This document shows positions 57,248-64,000 of a DNA stretch of 64,000 bases, piece after piece. The notes under the pieces were generated by a model. It saw only the letters and a list, made by a program, of their open reading frames with translations, was not told the DNA's origin and made no database searches. Source of the DNA: Candidatus Caenarcanales bacterium. GTDB lineage: Bacteria > Cyanobacteriota > Vampirovibrionia > 2-02-FULL-35-15. The stretch is from the NCBI GenBank assembly GCA_020050435.1, contig JAGVKQ010000010.1:55355-119354 (forward strand), given 5' to 3'. Within the stretch, counting starts at the first letter, position 1; every line of letters begins with the position of its first letter. A program made the translations under genes and the position numbers.

Positions 57248-60001
57248 ATGAGTCAAAAAGTAATAGATAAACTAATTATAAATAGTCCATTTGAAGAGCC
57301 TAAGTATTACTGGGCTTATCTTAGAGAAAAACAAGAGTTTGAAAAAAAAGAAGGAAGAAGAAAAGCTGGATACTGGAAATCTTCTGGTGTAGGTAAAGTA
57401 AGTCATGATGACCCAGGTGAGTTTGTAGAAATAAAACTTGTAAATAATATTAGACCAAGGGTTCAGGCATGGGAAAAGAATAATTATCCAAATGTATCTG
57501 GAATAACAAGAAAATTATTGGAACATTGGCACGATAAAAATGTTAGAAATAATCAGTTTTTCTGGTGTCAATTAGAAGCTATTAAAACGGCGATTTGGCT
57601 TACAGAAGCAAGTTCAGCAGATAAGCAAGGGATTCAAATTGGTTCTGATGGTAGTGAATGGCAAAGACAATGCTTAAAATTAGCTACTGGCACAGGTAAG
57701 ACCGTAGTAATGGGAATGTTGATTGCTTGGCAGGTATTAAACAAAATATCTAATCCCACCGACACAAGATTTTCAAAAAATATTTTAGTTATTGCACCAG
57801 GTATAACAGTAAAAGATAGGCTTCAGGTTTTATTACCTGGAGACCCTGACAATGTTTATAACAGTTTTTCTTTGGTTCCTGCCTCTATGTTGGAACAGCT
57901 TAGAAGTGCAAAAATCCTTGTTAAAAATTGGCATGCACTAGCACCAATAAATGAAAATGGTGGACCAAAAGTAGTAAAAAAAGGTCCAGAAAGTGATGAA
58001 TCTTTTGTAAGAAGGATTTTGCCCGACTTTGGCACTTCAAATGACTTTTTAATTATTAATGATGAAGCTCACCATTGCCATAGACCAAAAGAAGATGATG
58101 AAGATATTGAAGAAGAAGATAAAAATGAAGAGGAAAAAGCTACTATTTGGGTTAGTGGAATAGATAAGATTCATAAAGCAAGAAAAGTCTTAAAAGCCTA
58201 TGATTTAACAGCTACACCATTTAAGCCAGGTGGTAGAGGTGGACAAAGTGAAAAACTGTTTACTTGGATTGTTAGTGACTTTGGTCTTAATGATGCTATT
58301 GAAAGCGGACTTGTAAAAACGCCAAAAGTAGCTGTTAGAGATGATTCTAAAATGAGTAAGGATGATTTTAAATCAAAATTATTTCATATTTATCCTCATG
58401 TAAAAGAAGATTTAAATAGAAGAGCTGATAAAGAAGAAGGTTTACCAGACTTGGCAAGGAATGGACTAAATATTCTTGGTACTGATTGGCTAGCAGATAA
58501 AGAGAATTGGGATAAAACTAACCTGGAAGTACCGCCAGTATTAATTGTGATTTGTAATCGTATTGAAACTGCTGCTAGGGTTGAATATTCCTTAATGCAA
58601 GGGCTTACTACTGTTAGTGAGCTAGCAGATAATGATGGGCTACTTAGAATTGACCAAGATGCTTTGGATAAAGTAGAAGCTGGTGATGAAGATTCAAATA
58701 AATCAAAAAAGGATTTAGCTAAAAAACAAAGGGATAAGTTTAATACTGTAGGAAAAAAAGGTAAGCCTGGTCAAGATATTCGGTGTGTTATTGGGGTAAA
58801 CATGCTTTCTGAAGGTTGGGATGCTAGAACAGTTACACATATATTAGGGCTAAGAGCTTTTACCAGCCAGTTACTTTGTGAACAGGTTATTGGTAGAGGA
58901 CTTAGAAGAATCTCTTATGATATTAACGATGAAGGATTTTTTGAACCTGAATATGTAACTGTATTTGGGATTCCATTTACATTTTTACCAATTGAAGAAT
59001 CTTCTGGACCACCTAAAGAAGAAAAGCCAAAAACCAAAATTGAACCTATTCAAGAAAGAAGTTCTTTTGAGATTAAATGGCCTCATGTATTAAGAGTGGA
59101 ATATAAGCTAAGTTATTTCTTGGAATTAGATTGGCATGAGCTAAAACCTCTTACACTATCATCTATGGATTGTCCTACAGTGGTGGATATTGCACCAGTA
59201 ATAGACAATAAGCCAGACCTTACCCAAATTGAAGAAATTAAACTGTTTAAACTTGCAGAAGAAGGAAGATTTAAGTCAGTGAAGCTTCAAGTAATCTCTC
59301 AAATTAGAGAACGTTTAAAAGGGAATTGGAAGGGTGATGCAGGAAGCCAAATATCTCAGCTATTACAAATCGTTGAACAGTTTATTGATTCAGATAAATT
59401 AATTACTAAAGTGCCTAAGTTTGAATATGCTGAATTACTAAGAAAAATAGTTATTTCATTAAATATGCAAAAAATAGTTAACCATATAGCTACTTATATT
59501 AAGGGACAAAGCAAAGAAGCACCTGTCCCAATTTTTGATTATGAAAGACCCGTAAGAAGCACTGCTACATCTGAGACATGGTTTACAAGTAAACCTACAC
59601 AGCCAGTTAAAAAAAGTCAAATAAGCCATATAGTAATAGATAGTGGATGGGAAGCCGTTGGTATTGAGTTTGAAAGAGATAGGATACCTGGACTTATTTC
59701 ATGGGTTAAGAATGACCACATAGGATTTGAAATATTCTATATGTGGGAAGGCTGTGTAAGAAAGTACTATCCAGATTTTCTTCTAAAGTTTGAAGATAAT
59801 AATTACATGATTCTTGAAGTAAAAGGAAAGCATAGAGAAGAAGATAAACCTAAATGGCAAGCTGCTGAAGAATGGGTAAAAGCAGTTAACTCAAATGGTA
59901 ATTTTGGTTATTGGGAGTTTAAAGTTCTAAAAAATCCTACAGATGTATTTGATGTGGTGAGAAAGCCAAAGTTAAAAAAAATAAAAGCTGGGGTAGTATA
60001 A
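57248..60001 (+). CDS. res: Type III-like restriction enzyme Res subunit (SF2 helicase + PD-ExK nuclease)
   Basis: Walker A ATGTGKT (aa 146-152), DEAH box NDEAHH (aa 272-), SEGWDARTV...EQVIGRGLRR motif VI region, and C-terminal PD...EVK (D843, E857, K859). Confidence 0.8.
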   Translation: MSQKVIDKLIINSPFEEPKYYWAYLREKQEFEKKEGRRKAGYWKSSGVGKVSHDDPGEFVEIKLVNNIRPRVQAWEKNNYPNVSGITRKLLEHWHDKNVRNNQFFWCQLEAIKTAIWLTEASSADKQGIQIGSDGSEWQRQCLKLATGTGKTVVMGMLIAWQVLNKISNPTDTRFSKNILVIAPGITVKDRLQVLLPGDPDNVYNSFSLVPASMLEQLRSAKILVKNWHALAPINENGGPKVVKKGPESDESFVRRILPDFGTSNDFLIINDEAHHCHRPKEDDEDIEEEDKNEEEKATIWVSGIDKIHKARKVLKAYDLTATPFKPGGRGGQSEKLFTWIVSDFGLNDAIESGLVKTPKVAVRDDSKMSKDDFKSKLFHIYPHVKEDLNRRADKEEGLPDLARNGLNILGTDWLADKENWDKTNLEVPPVLIVICNRIETAARVEYSLMQGLTTVSELADNDGLLRIDQDALDKVEAGDEDSNKSKKDLAKKQRDKFNTVGKKGKPGQDIRCVIGVNMLSEGWDARTVTHILGLRAFTSQLLCEQVIGRGLRRISYDINDEGFFEPEYVTVFGIPFTFLPIEESSGPPKEEKPKTKIEPIQERSSFEIKWPHVLRVEYKLSYFLELDWHELKPLTLSSMDCPTVVDIAPVIDNKPDLTQIEEIKLFKLAEEGRFKSVKLQVISQIRERLKGNWKGDAGSQISQLLQIVEQFIDSDKLITKVPKFEYAELLRKIVISLNMQKIVNHIATYIKGQSKEAPVPIFDYERPVRSTATSETWFTSKPTQPVKKSQISHIVIDSGWEAVGIEFERDRIPGLISWVKNDHIGFEIFYMWEGCVRKYYPDFLLKFEDNNYMILEVKGKHREEDKPKWQAAEEWVKAVNSNGNFGYWEFKVLKNPTDVFDVVRKPKLKKIKAGVV

Positions 60002-60003
60002 GT

Positions 60004-60462
60004 ATGAAAAACATCATTTTAGTTCTAATTGTTACTTTTATTTCACTTCCATCATTTGCCGATAACCTCAATATGCAACAAATAGGAAACTCTACTTACA
60101 CAAACGGTACTGTTAATGGTCAGCCATATCACACGACTACCCAAAGGATTGGTGGTTTTGAATATACAAATGGAAGTATTGGAAATCAGCCAATTCATAC
60201 AACTAAACAAAACATTGGAAGCTTTGACTATGTAAATGGAAATGTAGGAAATAATCCAGTCCATTTAACGGATCAGCAGATAGGAAACTTTAAATATACA
60301 AATGGAAATATTGGAAATGATACTTACCATACGACTACTCAAAAGATAGGTAATTTTGATTATACAAATGGAAATATTGGTGGAAACTCTATTAATACAA
60401 ATACTCAAAGAATCGGTGGGTTTGATTATACTAACGGTAAGGTAGGCGGGATTGGTGAGTGA
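60004..60462 (+). CDS. Secreted protein made of about 5.8 tandem 22-aa repeats (Q-x-I-G-x-F-x-Y-T-N-G-x-x-G...)
   Basis: Signal peptide (MKNIILVLIVTFISLPSFA), then 66-nt periodic repeats over 60076-60459. The start codon is 2 nt after the res stop. Confidence 0.55.
   Translation: MKNIILVLIVTFISLPSFADNLNMQQIGNSTYTNGTVNGQPYHTTTQRIGGFEYTNGSIGNQPIHTTKQNIGSFDYVNGNVGNNPVHLTDQQIGNFKYTNGNIGNDTYHTTTQKIGNFDYTNGNIGGNSINTNTQRIGGFDYTNGKVGGIGE
60076..60459 (+). repeat. 66-nt tandem repeat, about 5.8 copies, coding
   Basis: The successive units begin caacaaatagg / caaaggattgg / caaaacattgg / cagcagatagg / caaaagatagg / caaagaatcgg. Confidence 0.8.
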
Positions 60463-60510
60463 AAACCAGTTATCATTATTTTATGAAAAAACTCATTTTT
60501 GCTTCTTTAA

Positions 60511-60933
60511 CTAGGTTTTTAATTTCTCCTGCCTAGCTTGAACCAATTTCACAAGATCTTCTTCAAGCTCAAATCCTCTAAGTCTTCCAGTAATTATTCC
60601 AAGTTTATTTAAAACAAATAAATATATCCAATACCCTACTGATGTTATTAAGCATGATAAAAACATGGCTTTATAAAAATCAAAACCTGCTTTTAAAAAT
60701 AATGGTAAAGCAATAAATAGTAGCAATGAAGGTATAACTACCCAAAATATTCCGTGTGAAAGATTAATTACTTTCTGTATATCATGAGTTTCTCTATAAA
60801 GCCATATCAAAGCCAATACAGAAACTAATGGTAGGGAAGCAAATATTGAAGCAAAAAAAGCATATCTTTTTCCTAGCTCTGATACTGTAGCTATTAAGAT
60901 TGCAGAAATTAAAACTTTAATAATAAATTGCAT
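60511..60933 (-). CDS. Small multi-TM protein, DUF3147-like (from memory)
   Basis: IIKVLISAILIATVSELGKR...ASLPLVSVLALIWLY is the pattern I associate with DUF3147. It has an extra charged C-terminal tail. Confidence 0.4.
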   Translation of the reverse strand: MQFIIKVLISAILIATVSELGKRYAFFASIFASLPLVSVLALIWLYRETHDIQKVINLSHGIFWVVIPSLLLFIALPLFLKAGFDFYKAMFLSCLITSVGYWIYLFVLNKLGIITGRLRGFELEEDLVKLVQARQEKLKT

Positions 60934-60940
60934 AAAACAT

Positions 60941-61270
60941 TTACTTTCTAGGAAAGTACATTATTACAGAAACACCAACAAGAGCAATGAAACAACCAAT
61001 AATGTCAAACTTATCTGGCTTAATTTTATCAATTAACCAACCCCAAAGCATAGCCATAACTATAAATATTCCACCATATGCAGAATATGCTCGTCCAAAA
61101 TGTGTTTCTTGAAGCGTGGGAATTATTCCATAAAGAACAAGTAGAGCTGAGCCTAAAACAGCAAATAAAACACTTCTGCCTTCTCTAAGCCATTGCCACA
61201 CAAGATATCCGCCGCCAATTTCACAAAATCCAGCTAAGACTAAGTACCAAAGTGATTTAATTATGCTCAT
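60941..61270 (-). CDS. ynfA: YnfA/UPF0060 family membrane protein
   Basis: [22 protein letters not shown] is the conserved YnfA N-terminal motif. 109 aa with four TM helices. Confidence 0.75.
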   Translation of the reverse strand: MSIIKSLWYLVLAGFCEIGGGYLVWQWLREGRSVLFAVLGSALLVLYGIIPTLQETHFGRAYSAYGGIFIVMAMLWGWLIDKIKPDKFDIIGCFIALVGVSVIMYFPRK

Positions 61271-61315
61271 TATTTCTATCTCATAGGCTAAGTATATTAT
61301 AAGAGAGCCATTAAC

Positions 61316-62329
61316 TTAAAAAGCTCTTGTAATCCCAGTAACTAACTTAACATTTGGTGGACGTTGCTCGCTACTTGTTGCATAGATTGTAGGTAAACCC
61401 GCAGATAAAACCCATATCCATTTTTTGTCATATGAAAATCTTAAACCTGGAGAAAGAAATATAATAGTGCTTCCATGGTTTTTATCTACAAAGCCTTGTA
61501 TTGTATTTGGGTCCTGGGACCATGAACCATTCATTTCAAAAATAATATCGAAATCACACTTATCATTCAAAAATCGTTTTCTCTTATTAAAACTTAAAGC
61601 ACCATCTTTTAATAATCTGTGAGAAAAAGAAAGATTATAATTTACAATATCTCCTAAATTAGAACCTCTACTACCATTTGTTGCAAACTTATAAAGCCCA
61701 TTAGCATCAACCGATATTTTTCCAAGCTGCTTACTTACACTTAACCCTACAAATGGGTCCCAGGAACCTGAGCCAGGTTGTTCATCTACTTCAAACAATT
61801 CACCATCTCTACCCTTAGCCCTTCTAACCCCAGAAGGTATTTTTAAACCACTTACTAAAGCTGCATGAAAATTATGTTTTTCACTTTTTAAAAACCTATA
61901 CTGTCCAAATAAGGTTATATCTCCAACTCCTATTGAGTTTCCTCTCTTAGATACATCTCCTTCATGTACATTCCTCACATCAAACCTAAACACATAAGGT
62001 ATTCTTGTTGCAACAGTTAAATTATCAGTTAATCCATACCCAAGACCAATGCTTGGCACAAAAAGATTTTGAGTGTTGTGAGCATGCTTATGATTTCTTT
62101 CTAATTCTTCTAGTTTACTATTTGAAAAAGTTTCAAAGTTTGTATAATCTGTAAGAAGATTAATAAACTTAAGTCCTTTAGGAAGGGTATAAGCTGGAAT
62201 AGTTATTATTGGTCCAGCAACATTTACTCCTGCAATTCCAGCAGTTGGACTGGATAATCCAACGCTTGTAATTCCTTCTCCGCCATGATGTGCAAAAGCA
62301 TTCAAGTCAACAAAAAAGAAGGCAAACAA
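61316..62329 (-). CDS. Outer-membrane beta-barrel transporter-like protein (MetA-pathway/phenol-degradation-like family, tentative)
   Basis: Alternating beta-strand pattern ending in ...GITRAF (C-terminal aromatic). The start is probably upstream of the listed TTG, where the frame stays open through a K-I-V-L-I signal-like extension. Confidence 0.4.
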   Translation of the reverse strand: MFAFFFVDLNAFAHHGGEGITSVGLSSPTAGIAGVNVAGPIITIPAYTLPKGLKFINLLTDYTNFETFSNSKLEELERNHKHAHNTQNLFVPSIGLGYGLTDNLTVATRIPYVFRFDVRNVHEGDVSKRGNSIGVGDITLFGQYRFLKSEKHNFHAALVSGLKIPSGVRRAKGRDGELFEVDEQPGSGSWDPFVGLSVSKQLGKISVDANGLYKFATNGSRGSNLGDIVNYNLSFSHRLLKDGALSFNKRKRFLNDKCDFDIIFEMNGSWSQDPNTIQGFVDKNHGSTIIFLSPGLRFSYDKKWIWVLSAGLPTIYATSSEQRPPNVKLVTGITRAF

Positions 62330-62379
62330 AATTAATACAATTTTAATAATAAATTGCAGAATTTCCTATTACCCCCTTA

Positions 62380-64000
62380 TTAGCCTTTAACATTAAAAAG
62401 TTTTAAACCGTTGAGTATTACCAAAAGTGCCATGCCAGAATCAGCACCAATAGCAAACTCAAGGCGAGTATATCCAAAAAGTGCCAGAACTAAAAAAACT
62501 GCTTTTACCAAAAGTGAAGCTGTTATATTTTGTTTAATTGTCACTAGGGTTTTTCTTCCGAGCTTTATTAGAAATGGGATATTTAAAAGATTATTATTCA
62601 TTAACGTAATATCTGCTGTTTCAATTGCTATATCAGAACCACCTGCACCAATTGCAATTCCTACATTTGAAGTTGCTAAAGAAGGAGTATCATTTACTCC
62701 ATCTCCAACCATTGCTACTGAATAATATTTCTTCTTTAAATCCTCAATTACTGTTACCTTTTCCTCTGGAAGCAAAGAAGCAAAAACATTTTTTATCCCT
62801 AGTAAACTTGCAACATAATTAGCAGCATGTTGATTATCACCAGTTAACATAGCAGTTTCAATTCCCAGGTTATGAAGTTTAGTTATTGCTTCATTAGACT
62901 CTGCTCTGAGGGTATCTGAAATAGCGAGGATGCCAACTATGTTTTCTTTCTCAGCTACTAAAACAACAGTCTTGCCTTCTTTTTCTAATTTTTCTGCTTG
63001 TTGTAAAACATCCGGTGAAGCAACTGCTGTTTCACTAATAAGTTTAAAATTACCAATATAATGTTCTAAGTTACCACAAACAAGGCAAATAGCTTTACCA
63101 CCTTTACCAGCAATATTTTCAAACTGTTCCATTTTATGTGAGGCTATACCATGCTTATTAGCATAATCTAAAATACTTTTAGCTAAAGGATGAGAAGAAA
63201 ACTGTTCAATCCCTGCAGCATCTGCAATAACTTCTTCTTTAGAATGTCCGCTAAAAGCTATAACATCTAATACCTCTGGTTCACCTAAAGTCAGTGTTTT
63301 TGTCTTATCAAAAGCTACTGCTTTTACTTTTGCTAAGGCTTCAAGATATTTACCGCCTTTTATTAAAACTCCTTTTTTTGAAGCTCCACCTATTGCTGAA
63401 GAAATAGAAATAGGTGTCGAAATTACTAAAGCACAAGGACAAGCAATTACAAGAAGAACTAAAGCCTTATACAACCAAATATTAAAATCAGCACCAAAAA
63501 GAACTGGTGGAATAATGGCTATAAGCAGAGCTAAAACTACTACAGTAGGAGTGTAATATTTTGCAAAGGTATCTATAAACTCCTGATATGGGGCTTTTGA
63601 TTTCTGTGCTTTTTCAACAAGAGAAATAATTTTGGCAAAGGTAGAATCTTTACTTTCTTTTGTTACTTCAATTTCTAAATATCCATTTTGATTATGTGTA
63701 CCAGCAAATACCAAATCGCCTGGCTGCTTGTATTTTGGCACTGGCTCACCTGTAATTGTTGCTTCATCAATTGATGATTCCCCCTCTTTCACAACGCCAT
63801 CAAGTGGAATTAAATCACCTGGACGAACAAGAATAATATCTTTTATTTTAATATCTTCAACTTTTAATTTTTCTCCATTTTTCAAGGTAGCAGTCTGAGG
63901 TGATTTTTTAATTAGGGCTTCAACTGCTTTCTTTGAACGCTCTACACCATAATCCTCAATAGCTTCAGCAAGAGAAAAGAAAAAGATTACTGCTGCAGCT
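62380..64000 (-). CDS. Heavy-metal translocating P1B-type ATPase, N-terminus outside window
   Basis: TGE, CPC (ACPCALVISTP), phosphorylation site as DKTKT, HP (SSHPLA), TGD and GDGVNDTP motifs. The frame stays open from 63885 to the window end, where it reads ...EAIEDYGVERSKKAVEALIKKSPQTATL. Confidence 0.85.
   Translation of the reverse strand, partial: AAAVIFFFSLAEAIEDYGVERSKKAVEALIKKSPQTATLKNGEKLKVEDIKIKDIILVRPGDLIPLDGVVKEGESSIDEATITGEPVPKYKQPGDLVFAGTHNQNGYLEIEVTKESKDSTFAKIISLVEKAQKSKAPYQEFIDTFAKYYTPTVVVLALLIAIIPPVLFGADFNIWLYKALVLLVIACPCALVISTPISISSAIGGASKKGVLIKGGKYLEALAKVKAVAFDKTKTLTLGEPEVLDVIAFSGHSKEEVIADAAGIEQFSSHPLAKSILDYANKHGIASHKMEQFENIAGKGGKAICLVCGNLEHYIGNFKLISETAVASPDVLQQAEKLEKEGKTVVLVAEKENIVGILAISDTLRAESNEAITKLHNLGIETAMLTGDNQHAANYVASLLGIKNVFASLLPEEKVTVIEDLKKKYYSVAMVGDGVNDTPSLATSNVGIAIGAGGSDIAIETADITLMNNNLLNIPFLIKLGRKTLVTIKQNITASLLVKAVFLVLALFGYTRLEFAIGADSGMALLVILNGLKLFNVKG

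Noticed and set aside
60545-60585. Possible attR: the 8-mers TCAAATCC and ATCTTCTT, shared with the tRNA-fMet 3' end region.
   Set aside because: These are only two short matches, in the wrong relative order, inside a coding region. This is not distinguishable from chance in AT-rich DNA. A computational search for the tRNA 3' segment is needed.

Overview
Low-GC bacterial chromosomal segment, tightly packed with genes. About 45 kb is ordinary core genome. It holds a dcw-type start (rsmH, ftsL-like, ftsI), scattered peptidoglycan genes (murQ, amiC-like, murI, murB, murC), and pyrC, tgt, trpA, topA, ndk, rpsT, rpsP, gcvH, holB, crcB. It also holds an orphan oligopeptide-type permease pair, an ndhF/ndhD-type NADH dehydrogenase pair, a type IV pilin, a PP2C phosphatase/histidine kinase neighbourhood and several orphan proteins. 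A 3-tRNA cluster (Arg-Leu-Lys, minus strand) lies at 4.19-4.51 kb. The cyanobacterial-type gshA, the stand-alone ndhF-ndhD pair, HEAT-like repeats and small GC-rich palindromes inserted in frame suggest a relative of Cyanobacteria without photosynthesis genes in this window (Melainabacteria/Vampirovibrionia-like). That lineage call is inference only. The accessory part starts at an initiator tRNA-fMet gene (45786-45859), whose 3' end is overlapped by a large serine recombinase gene. From there to about 60.5 kb lies an integrative island with no virion or conjugation genes. It carries the integrase, small zinc-ribbon and orphan genes, and a zinc-finger/Toprim/P-loop primase-helicase. Its cargo is (i) an XRE-HTH / SIR2_2-family protein / 521-aa orphan protein cassette and (ii) a Type III-like restriction-modification pair (Mod 841 aa, Res 917 aa). 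A secreted tandem-repeat protein follows directly after res. The HTH-SIR2-orphan cassette is my best candidate for an undescribed anti-phage system. The SIR2 catalytic motifs are intact, none of the partner types I know from SIR2 defence systems is present, and the partner gene has its own promoter overlapped by a palindrome. A metal-resistance-like cluster follows the island: DUF3147-like, ynfA, an outer-membrane barrel, and a P1B ATPase with an odd DKTKT phosphorylation motif that runs off the window. At least four families of small GC-rich palindromic repeats are dispersed through the window, and several sit in frame inside essential genes (murI, trpA, the 5' end of ftsI, a thioredoxin lipoprotein). 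No rRNA, CRISPR array or transposase was seen. All calls rest on reading the ORF translations and the DNA by eye; no database search was possible.
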